Below are positions 20,414 through 29,978 of a stretch of DNA of 34,584 bases, piece by piece; position 1 is the stretch's first letter, and every line of letters begins with the position of its first letter. The DNA is from Octopus bimaculoides. Lineage: Eukaryota. The stretch lies in contig NC_068985.1 of NCBI RefSeq assembly GCF_001194135.2, positions 15,556,803 through 15,591,386 of the forward strand, read 5' to 3'. The notes beneath the pieces were generated by a model. It was not told where the DNA came from. It searched no databases and worked only from the letters and a program-made list of their open reading frames with translations. Both the position numbers and the translations under genes were made by a program.

Positions 20414-20593
20414 ATGTTGAAGCAATTGAAAGCCTTTGCCAAGAATTACACAGTGCTGCTTGTTATGATCCCTTCAGTAGTTGCCTTACATGTTGGTTGG
20501 TATTATATGCAATTCAATCCTGATTTAGTTGAGCCTGAAAAACAAGAGATTCGGATTTTGGGGAAAATATTTAAGAAAACCCCAAAAGAATAA
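20414..20593 (+). CDS. MKKS upstream ORF 1 microprotein, uMKKS1-like, 59 aa: MLKQLKAFAKNYTVLLVMIPSVVALHVGWYYMQFNPDLVEPEKQEIRILGKIFKKTPKE
   Basis: Lies in exon 20408-20617 (TTTTCTTTTCAG| acceptor, AAA|GTAAGT donor). A at -3. Basic N-terminus plus one hydrophobic segment. YTVLLVMIPSVVALHVGWY resembles human uMKKS1 YKVLVVMVPLVGLIHLGWY (recalled). Confidence 0.85.
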   Translation: MLKQLKAFAKNYTVLLVMIPSVVALHVGWYYMQFNPDLVEPEKQEIRILGKIFKKTPKE

Positions 20594-20749
20594 ATTAGAA
20601 ACTCCAAATTACTCAAAGTAAGTTAATGTTTTTAATAAATATTGGAAAAAAGAAAAACCCATTCCTTAAAATTTTTTTTTGTTTATTTTGTTTTCTGGCT
20701 GATATCAAGTGAGGGCTAAATTATTATACTAGGTGTAACTCTTGTAAGC

Positions 20750-20915
20750 AAAGGCACGTGGCCTAGTGGTTAGGGTGCTGTACTCATGATTATGAGATTT
20801 TGGTTTCAATTTCTGGACTGGGTGGTGTGGTGTGTGGTGTTCTTGAGTAAGACACATTATTTTATATAGCTCTGCAGTCACTTCAACATCTGATGTTTGG
20901 CACACTGTGCCAGGC
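20750..20915 (+). mobile_element. SINE family B copy, diverged
   Basis: GGCACGTGGCCTAGTGGTTAGG..GTTTCAATTTC..GTGTTCTTGAGTAAGACAC. Confidence 0.6.
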
Positions 20916-21149
20916 AATCTTGATTTGATGGAACGACTGAGCTAATATGCAACATGAACATTGAAGCACTACAAGCAAATCATCTCTGTGATGGTTGTTC
21001 AGCAAGCTGTTGCGGAACCCTCATCTATCTTTTATGACTGGATAATCCACAAACTATTGTAATCAAACTAACATCATTTTAAGGGTATTTTAAGGATTTA
21101 TAAATTATTTCTACTATTTCAACTTTACTACTTTCTAACCACAAAATAA

Positions 21150-21610
21150 TTAATCGGTCACTTTGGAACAGCAATGAAATGAGCCATTCTAGTAATGTCT
21201 TACATTAAAGTCTTAGCTGTTAATTTGTAATTTTATTCATGGAATTATTTCTCAGTGTAAACATTGAAGTAAGGTAGGATGCCTCGCTACACTGGACATT
21301 AGTGGAACAGCCTAAGCTGCTTGTAGATTTCCTCAGACACCCATTTTAGAAAGTGTTGATCATATTTCCTTATACTACAAGCATCCTGTGCCATACTTTA
21401 TGACATATTTGACATTGCAGTTATAGACCCCAATATTGCCCCTAAAACTGTATTGCCTAAATTTCAAGATCAACTGATATGAATTCATAGCGAACTTTGG
21501 CAAGCTTGGCATGGACGTCTGTTTCCACCCCATTGACGTAGTTGATAAGGATTCCTAGGTATCGAAGGTTCTCCATATCATCTTGTGCAGTCATGGACAA
21601 ACTGCAGGCC
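21150..21610 (-). mobile_element. Degraded RTE-clade LINE reverse-transcriptase C-terminal fragment
   Basis: With frameshifts, the minus strand reads ENLRYLGILI..DVHAKLAKVR..RQYSFRGNIGVYNCNVKYVIKYG..F*NGCLRK, matching the RTE post-RT pattern (YLG..ARIAKAR..YNSNVKSVLLYG..FHNxCLR). Confidence 0.6.
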
Positions 21611-21868
21611 ATGGATCTTTCAATAAAAAAAAATTACCTCGAATTTTATAGTAGTCTCCCCTGATGATAAATCCTGTCTCATGTAGCCCGCTTGTTGCAA
21701 AAGGTTGCCCATGACTGGTCTAGTGGGCTATTTATGTGCATGATTGGTGTTTTTGATGAAGAACCTGTTTGCTTTACATACTTGTTCAGCTTACGAATTC
21801 TCTTAAGTCAATGATTTCTTTTTGAAGAGAGGGTTGCCAAATCAGGAAGAGAATGGGAAAGAATATAC

Positions 21869-22034
21869 AGAAGTGGCTGTGTGGTAAGTAGCTTGCTTAC
21901 GAACCACATGGTTCCGGGTTCATTCCCACTGCGTGGCATCTTGGGCAAGTGTCTTCTACTATAGCCTCGGGCCAACCAAAGCCTTGTGAGTGGATTTGGT
22001 AGACGGAAACTGAAAGAAGCCCACCGTATATATG

Positions 22035-22067
<33 letters not shown>

Positions 22068-22278
22068 ATGTTTTTGTCCCCCAACATCGCTTGATAACCG
22101 ATGCTGGTGTGTTTACGTCCCTGTAACTTAGTGGTTCGGCAAAGCAGACCGATAGAATAAGTACTAGGCTTCCAAAGAATAAGTCCTGGGGTCGATTTTC
22201 TCGACTAATGGCAGTGCTCCAGCATGGCCGTAGTCAAATGACTGAAACAAGTAAAAGAGTAAAAAGAGTAAAAGAGTA
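21869..22278 (+). mobile_element. Full-length SINE family A (tRNA-like head, central (TA)n(TG)n, GTAAAAGA tail x3)
   Basis: Near-identical to 30141-30650. Confidence 0.85.
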
Positions 22279-22409
22279 TCTCACACTGGATTTCACTGAA
22301 AACTATTCAGAGAGTTTCTTCTCATTGATCAAATTGTATTAAGAAATCTTAAACACCACTGATATTAAATTTCTATTTTTTTTAAATACAATTCTAGGAT
22401 TTGCCAAAC

Positions 22410-22574
22410 ATGTCTCTAAGAACAATTTTCCAATCAGCTGCTAATTGGGCCCATAGCAACAAGTTTGTTTCCTTGATAGTCATCACATCTGCTGTGTACT
22501 TAGCAACATATCCACTGAAAACACCAACAGTCGCTACTTCTGAAGAGAGAATTGCTAAATCATCCCCAAAATAA
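22410..22574 (+). CDS. MKKS upstream ORF 2 microprotein, uMKKS2-like, 54 aa: MSLRTIFQSAANWAHSNKFVSLIVITSAVYLATYPLKTPTVATSEERIAKSSPK
   Basis: Lies in exon 22398-22577 (TTCTAG| acceptor, CAG|GTTAGT donor). A at -3. One hydrophobic segment. W-x3-N...V-x-L-x-TY pattern resembles human uMKKS2 WIRKN...VHLGTY (recalled). Confidence 0.75.
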   Translation: MSLRTIFQSAANWAHSNKFVSLIVITSAVYLATYPLKTPTVATSEERIAKSSPK

Positions 22575-23439
22575 CAGGTTAGTTACAAATTTCAAAAATA
22601 TTTTAATTGCTTTAATCTTGTATTCAGGGACTGATCTTCAAAAACTATTCTTTATAGATTAGCAAAAGAAAATTGTTTATTTTATTTTTTGTTCCTCTTG
22701 GCTTTTAAAATATGTATGTGGAAATGAACATGTAATTCTCCTTTGTAGTATGAAATATGGATTCAGAGAATTGTGTGGCTATCATAGAAAGCTCTTCTAA
22801 CAAACTCGGCTAACAGATCACATAGTAATGCAGAATAAATATCCATGTAGCTGGATGCCCTCCTCAATGCCAACCACTTTACAGAGAGTACTGAGTGCTT
22901 TTATGTGGCACTGGCACTAAGTATGATTACTAAGTACCTTGCAAGACATGACCCCTCGACTGAGAGGGGACTAGTTTTGAGGATGTAATTTTATTCCAGA
23001 GGATGCGAGGTTGAAGTATGATGGAGGAGGTAGGTGTGTGTCAGGGAGGTAATAAGTGGCAGCAGAGACAACTCCTAATATACAAATTAGGAGAAGCCAA
23101 CATAGGAACCTTTATGCAGTCACTCAGACTAGAAAACAACAGGGAATCTCCTTCAAATCACAATCTACTGTATTAAATAAAACATTTTAGGTAATGTAGT
23201 GATCACATCCATGAATATCTCTACTCATGGCTCTACTCAATCAGGATTGACCGGTAGCAATACAAGAACAGTAGCAGATATAGCTAAAATTATTGCAAAG
23301 TATATTTTGCTCGTGAGATTGTCTGTCTCACAATATTTATAGAGAGATTTTCTTAAATTAAAATTATCAATTATATGAAGAAAAAATCTGTTCTTTAAAG
23401 ATTTTTCTATATAGTTAATCATTTTTAATTGAAGAAAAT

Positions 23440-23590
<151 letters not shown>

Positions 23591-23592
23591 AA

Positions 23593-23925
23593 GGCGCATG
23601 GCTCAGTGGTTAGAGTGTTGAGCTTACGATTGTGAGGTTGTGAGTTCGAATCCCGGACCGGGCTGCGTGTTGTGTTCTTGAGCAAGACACTTTATTTCAC
23701 GTTGCTCCAGTTCACTCAGCTGTAGAAATGAGTTGCGATGTCACTGGTGCCAAGCTGTATCGGCCCCTTTGCCTTTCCCTTGGATAACGCTGGTGGCGTG
23801 GAGAGGGGAGGCTGGTATGCATGGGCGACTGTTGGTCTGCCATAAAAAACCTTGCCCGGACTTGTGCTTGGGATGGTAACTTTCTAGGTGCAATCCCATG
23901 GTCAGTTATGACCGTATGGTGTCTC
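23593..23925 (+). mobile_element. tRNA-derived SINE family B, well preserved
   Basis: Pol III A box TGGCTCAGTGG (23599-23609) and B box GTTCGAATCC (23644-23653), then core TTGTGTTCTTGAGCAAGACAC..CAGCTGTAGAAATGAGT. Confidence 0.8.
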
Positions 23926-24159
23926 AGCATATATATGTACATACACACACACATACACATACATACATACATACTTACCCCTCTGTCTCTATGTATATAT
24001 CTGTTTGTGTGTGTGTGTGTATATACATACAAGCACGCATGTGTATATATACGCAAGCATGTGTATATATACACAAGCACACATATTTACCTGTCTGTCT
24101 GTCTGTCTATATATATATATATATATATCTGTATATATTTCAGAGTTTATAATTGAATA

Positions 24160-25150
24160 ATGCAGGAAGTTACTGAAACTAAAATCCTACGTGGCAAACT
24201 CACAGACAAGGAGACAGTGCACCAACTCAATTCCCTTAGGCATTTATTTTCCACCACAGTTGGCCCTTATGGAGGTATTAAGCTACTGCGTAATAACTGC
24301 GGTGGTCATATCACACTGACAAGTTCATCATCCAGGCTGCTGGCTGCTCTGCGACCTACAAATCCTTTAGCTCGACTCATAATTGAAGCCTGTTCAAAGC
24401 ATTCACATACCTATGGAGATGGAGCTCTCTTTATGGCTCACTTTATCCTAATTCTGATAGACAAAGCTTTGAAACTTGATTTAGATCATAGGTTGATTAC
24501 CAAAGTAAATTCATTTCTTCTTGAATTATTTCTTAGTTATTTAAAATCAGATGATTTCTCCTGTAAAATGGCTGTAGAAATATCTGATGTTAATTCTTTG
24601 TGTCAGGTGGCCAGTACGATGTTGTCATCGAAACCATTGTACCAGCTAGACGAACAGCTACTGAAGTTGATGAGTTCTGTACTCTTAGAGACTTTCATTA
24701 GAAGCCTTCCTTCTGAAAGACTGGACAGTTCCTTAAGACCCGTCTTAGACAATATACACATCATTGGTATTCCTGGTGAAGAAACACATAATTCTTTCTG
24801 TTGTGAAGGATTATTGCTTGAGGCTACAAACATCAAAGAAGTGCTGTCATGGCAAACACAGAGAGAATCTCTGGAGAATATTTGTACAGTTGTAATAAAT
24901 GTATCTATGGCAGGAGATTCTATTGAGCTACCTCAGTTGACTTATGCCCGTACCAGTCTTAAAGAACTTGAGCAAAGTTTTCTTACTCATATGGAGTCAT
25001 TCTGTTCTGAACTCATACCAAAAGGCATTAGAATTTTATTCTGCCAGAAAGTGGTTCACCCTTGTCTAAAAGACCAACTGAGAAGAAACGGTGTATTGGT
25101 TCTTGATCGTCTTGGTGCTTTGCTGTGCTCCAAAGTTATCAATTTAACAG
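24160..25150 (+). CDS. MKKS: MKKS coding exon 1 (exon starts 24144 with 16 nt of leader)
   Basis: ORF 24160-25158. TTTCAG| acceptor at 24143, in-frame TGA two codons upstream of the ATG, donor ACAG|GTAATT. Confidence 0.93.
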
Positions 25151-28100
25151 GTAATTAGTTAATTATTTTAAACTGACATTATGTTGTATTAAATTATCTG
25201 TTTAACCCTTTAGTGTTTAAACCAGCCACATCTGGCCCAAATATTCTACATGTTTTATATTTGAACTAGCCATATCTAATCTCTCACACCTAACCTACAT
25301 TGACATTCTAAAAATAAATATTCACATCATTGAGTTTTCAAAGCTATGAGATAATGTATGATTAATTCAAAACAATTTGAGTGAAAAGGCATTACATTTA
25401 ACAGAGTAATTTGAACATTAAAGGGTTAATATGTCCTTATAGAAAATGAACAAGTGCCAATGTTAGCTTTGGCCAAGTTTCTACAGTTGGATGCCCTTTC
25501 TGATGCCAATCACTAGATGCTTTTTTCATGTCACCATCCCTAGTGAGGTCTCTAAAAGAACAGGAAAATAATAAAAACTCCTTTGATTATGTGTGTGTGT
25601 GTGTGTGTTTGGCAGGGAGTATTTGAGAGAGTGGGGAGGTGGTTTTATGCTGGATGTTGAGAGGTTGAAGTGTGATAGTCTTGCTATAGAAGAGATAAAT
25701 GGCTATGCCACATATAATGGTGGATGGGAGTAACTGGAAAGAAGGTAGAGATGCTGGTGACTAGATACCAGATCATCTCAAAATACAAGGTGAGTGTAAG
25801 AGAGGATAGAGGCAGTGAATTGGGGTGGGAAGGTAATAGTTAGAAATAGGGGTAGAAATGAATGTAATGAATGAATGAGAATGGATATGCAATTGATGGG
25901 AGATAGCAGGATAGAGAGAGCATAGGGTTAGAGAGATAGAAGTGGTTCAAGAAGGAGAATGTATCAGAAAGTAGGGTGGTAGGGATGTGATGTGCATGAG
26001 GTTGTAGCGGTGGGGAGGGAGATGGTAGAAATAAATAAGAGGGATGGGCAATGATAGGTGATGCATGATGGGCGATATGGTAATGTGTTGAGAATGATAG
26101 TAGATATGAGAGATGTTAAGACAGAGTATGGCAGAGAGAGTGCAATGACTGAAGGTACAGAAAATTGAGCAGTGAAAATAGTGTGGGGAAAGGATGATAA
26201 TGTGAATGAGAGATGGAAGGGGTTCCAAGAGGGAAGGGAGGTAATTGGAAGTACAAAGAAAAAGTTAGATGTAAAATGTGTTGGTTTTGCTCTCAAGTGA
26301 TTGCTGCAGCAGAGTAGTGCCATAGACAGAGGAGTGATGTTTGCTAGAGAATGAAATGTGGGGAATGCTTGACAGAGTGGAAAGGGTGGAAAGGCAGCGC
26401 TCTAATCAAGTTTGACCTGGGGCTAAACATCTACAGCTGGATGCCCTTGCTGATGCCAATCACTAGATGCTTTTTTTCATGTCACCATCCCTAGTGAGAT
26501 CTCTAAGTAACTTGAAAGATAAGAAAAGAACAAAAAAATAATAAAAACTCCCTAGATTATGCATGTGTGTGCGGGTGAGTATTTGTGAGAGTGGGGAGGT
26601 GGGGGGCTAAACAACAACACTGCTAGTAGTGATTTAATCTTGATAGTCTCTACTGTTTAAAATATATTTTCAGGTTCCGTTCCAATTAGTTCATTTTCAT
26701 CAGCTTGCTCTCCAGATCAGTTAGGGAGAATCAGTAAATTCTCTGTCATGGATGTTTTCGGAAAGCAGTGGCTTCATCTGAATCAGATTTCCAGCAGTTT
26801 AGTTACCCTTGTAGTTTGTAGTCAAATGGAAGAACAGCTTGAAGAATTAAAGGTTGGTTTGTCTCCTTTCTACAAGTGTTAGAATTGCAAGGAATTCTTT
26901 CCTTTATTTATTTATATTTTAATTTCATCATTCGCTTGAATATATAGTGTTTGCGAGTGGAGAAAGCTTTCATCAACAGCTAGTTATTGTCTCATACTGA
27001 GGATGGGTAACCATTTCAGAAACCATGATCTGTGAGTATTATGTAAGGTTGGAGATGGGAGCGATGACCTCCCTTGCAAACACTATACGGACACAGACTG
27101 TGTGTTCATAACCAGCAGGAAAAGATGTTTTCCTGGGGGCTTAAACAGCAGTAATATCATCCTTTATAGGACTGCCACATTCTGTTGGTGAATAAACTTT
27201 ACTATATATATGTATATATATATATAGTTGGTATTATGCAAAAATATCGTAAGAATGTTGCTTTTTCAGAAAACGAAAACATAGTCTCACCATTCCATAG
27301 CAAAACCATTGTACTACACTTTGACAATTTTTGATATCTTGGCATCTGAAGTAGCTGGAGATGTGATAGTTCGACCCAAAGAACCAGCTATTCCAAGTAA
27401 AAATAAATATTGATAAAAATGCATTTGGCCAAATTTTGACATATGACAAATTCTCTCCTATTCATTCTGCCATGTAGCAACATTAAATGATGATGGTATA
27501 AAGCTTTTAGAATGCCAAATGTAAAAAGAATGGTAGTAGAATGTGAATATTTGGGTAAAAAAAAAATATTTAGAGAAGTGTTGTTTATAATTCATTAATT
27601 TTTTAAAATAAAATTTATTAGAATTCTATTTTCTTTTATGAAATATTATTAAAAAAAAAAGATTAGAAGGAAAAATAGTGCATGGTAGCAAAATACTTCA
27701 GTTTTTATAGAGCCACATCTTTAAGATACAAGTATATTTATGAGATCAAAATATTTTATAGGTGTGGGTCTAGCTGTGTGGTTAAGAAAGGTGTTTCCCA
27801 ATCATATGGTTGGGTTCAGTCCCACTGCATGGCATCTTGGGCATGTCTTCTTATACAGCCCTGGGCTGACCAAAACCTCATCTGTCAATTTGGTAGATGG
27901 AAACTGAAAGAAGCCCATTGTACATGTGTTGTGTGTGTGTGTTTACCCATGTCATGACATGTCATGATTGTAAATCAACCTTCTAAGAAACACATGTCAG
28001 GTCTTGGGGAAACAGGTGAAGGTTGGCTGTAGGAAACCTGCCTCAACAAATTCTCTCCTATTCATTCTGCCATGTAAAAGTAGACATTAAAACAATGAGG

Positions 28101-28689
28101 ATGAATGTATTCATTTCTCTAAATTCCATCAGTTATGCAACAGAAGTGACACTCAGTGATAATCCTTCTAAAGTAGTAGGATAAGTTGGTATTTGTAAGC
28201 CTGTGGAATGTCTTTGAGTGGATTTTAAGTTGAGAGAGGGATTTATGTAGTTCATGTTTAATTCCAGTGTTTTTTTTTTTTTATATATATTTTGTTCAAT
28301 TTTACAGGTGAATTGCAACAATGTGATGTTAGCATTCCAGCACCTTCTCAGGACACCGGCTGTACTGTATGGTGGAGGCTGCTGGCAGTTCACTTTGGCT
28401 AACGAGCTTAGAGTTGAGGTAAGACTATTTTTTCTTTATTGGTTACTTGGAATATTTTCTTATTTGTTCTATCCTTTACTCATCTCTTCAGTATTTAGTC
28501 TTTCTCCTTGCTTCTCCAACTCATCTTCTCTTGAAATATTTATTATACGTTTCCTTGCTTCCCAACTACATGGATTCAGGGTCAGCCCCACTGCATGGCA
28601 TGTTGGGCAAATGTCTCCTGTTATAGCATCTAGCTGACCAAAAGCTTTATGAGTGAATGGATTTGGTTGGTGGAAATTGAAAGAAGCCT

Positions 28690-28734
<45 letters not shown>

Positions 28735-29537
28735 TCATGATCACCATCATTTAACATCTGTTGTCCATGCTGGTATGGCTTGGACTGTTTTACCAGTCAT
28801 TCTTCTTCAGATTCTGAGTTCAAATTCTGCCAAGGTCAACTTTGCCTTTCATCCTTTCAGGGTTGATAAAATAAGTACCAGTGGAAAGCTGATATAATTG
28901 ACTTTCCCTCCCCTAAAATTAATGGACTTGTGCCTAAATTTGAAACCATTATTATTATTATTAACCCATGCTAGCATGGAAAGCGGACGTTAAACGACGA
29001 TGATTATTATAATTATTATTATTATTATTATTATTATTATTTATTTTTTTTTTTTGTCTATTTCAGGTTTCTGAAAATTTAGAAAGCTTCTCCAGTAAAC
29101 TGGATTGTTCCGAATCCCAGTTATTGCAGCTGTGTGATCATCTATGCACAAGTTTGGAACAAGCTGTTTCCCCATCTTCTCAGCAGAGTAAAAAATGTTT
29201 CACCCATCCTTCAGCTGGTCATCTTTGGATACAGGACGACCATGAAGTTAATGTAGAAAAAACTTGTTCATGTGGTTTGCTTTGTTGTAGTTTGTCAGAT
29301 TTGAAACTTCAACCTTTAGAACATTCTCCTTCATTTGACAGATTTTCTAAGAAAGAGCTTCATGGCTCTTACAACCCTCTTGATACAATATCCAGTTCTG
29401 AACCTCCAAAGAAACCTCTTCTAATGGACTGCTTTATTCCATGGAAAACAGCTGTAGAAATATCAGTACTTCTAGCCAATATGGCTCTTAGTACCAATCA
29501 GTTTATCTTTGACACCAACTGTAAACCATCAACATAA
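24160..29537 (+). CDS. MKKS: McKusick-Kaufman/Bardet-Biedl syndrome 6 chaperonin-like protein, 4 coding exons, 1752 nt = 583 aa
   Basis: join(24160-25150, 26674-26852, 28308-28418, 29067-29537), GT-AG, phases 1/0/0. Motifs VGPYGGIK, CQKVVHPCLK, LDRLG, GGGCW, GHLW, LLMDC. Large first coding exon followed by three smaller ones, as in vertebrate MKKS. Confidence 0.93.
25206..25425. mobile_element. piggyBac-type MITE (220 bp) with TTAA target duplication
   Basis: TTAA(25202-25205)|CCCTTTAGTGTTTAAA ... TTTGAACATTAAAGGG|TTAA(25426-25429); TIRs 14/16. Confidence 0.8.
25480..26602 (+). repeat. Local ~165-170-bp direct duplication (25480-25642 / 26430-26602)
   Basis: Shared TGATGCCAATCACTAGATGCTTTTTT..CATGTCACCATCCCTAGTGAG..AATAATAAAAACTCC..GAGAGTGGGGAGGTGG. 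Confidence 0.85.
26674..26852 (+). CDS. MKKS: MKKS coding exon 2 (GSVPISSF...QMEEQLEELK)
   Basis: TTTTCAG| acceptor, AAG|GTTGGT donor, 179 nt, open in the required phase. Confidence 0.9.
27760..27940 (+). mobile_element. SINE family A, 5' half
   Basis: GCTGTGTGGTTAAG..GGTTCAGTCCCACTGC..GAAAGAAGCCCATTG. Confidence 0.7.
28308..28418 (+). CDS. MKKS: MKKS coding exon 3 (VNCNNVMLAFQHLLRTPAVLYGGGCWQFTLANELRVE)
   Basis: TTTACAG| acceptor, GAG|GTAAGA donor, 111 nt, chaperonin GGG motif. Confidence 0.92.
28550..28732 (+). mobile_element. SINE family A, 5' half, ending in (TG)n
   Basis: CTTGCTTCCCAACTACATGG..CCCACTGC..GAAAGAAGCC then (GT)n. Confidence 0.7.
28805..28950 (+). mobile_element. SINE family D fragment
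   Basis: TTCTGAGTTCAAATTCTGCCAAGGTCAACTTTGCCTTTCATCCTTTC..AAGTACCAG..CTTGTGCC. Confidence 0.6.
29067..29537 (+). CDS. MKKS: MKKS terminal coding exon (VSENLESF...FIFDTNCKPST*)
   Basis: Poly-T + TTTCAG| acceptor, continuous with ORF 29124-29537, TAA at 29535-29537. Confidence 0.92.
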   Translation, partial: VSENLESFSSKLDCSESQLLQLCDHLCTSLEQAVSPSSQQSKKCFTHPSAGHLWIQDDHEVNVEKTCSCGLLCCSLSDLKLQPLEHSPSFDRFSKKELHGSYNPLDTISSSEPPKKPLLMDCFIPWKTAVEISVLLANMALSTNQFIFDTNCKPST

Positions 29538-29978
29538 TATCTCATTTCAGTGGTGTACTTGCCAGGCAGGTGATTTAATCTGAAGCCATGTGTCGAAACT
29601 AAAACAATTACAGCATGGAAGGCACATATTTAGCTATCCAAAACCATACAAAAACTGTTAGTGTCATTTAAACATTCATCATTTAAGGTCAAAATTTTCA
29701 TCACATCAGTTGTGATGAAGTCACTGCTACAGTTTCATTGCATCTCTGTGCAGTGGAACAGTATCAATGACCAGGTTACAGTTGTTGCAACAAAAATTTT
29801 GGCACCAAATGGTAAATGTTTAAGTGAAGTTAAGTCTTTGTGTGTTTTTAAATGGCTAATAATATTTTATGATTATTTTTAATAATGTATTCTAGTTTGG
29901 GAGTGACAAGTGTCGTTGGTAAAATGGAATTAAAAGATATTCTTAATATTTATTTGTTAGTTGTTTTTTATGCATATT

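Noticed and set aside
23593-23665. tRNA gene (A/B boxes, cloverleaf-like)
   Set aside because: Continues directly into a repeat core shared with 20750 and 17495, and lacks a clean acceptor stem. It is a SINE head.
24603-24836. Antisense ORF within the MKKS exon (likewise 2107-2298 over AGA exon 7)
   Set aside because: Shadow ORFs of real coding exons, with no independent support.
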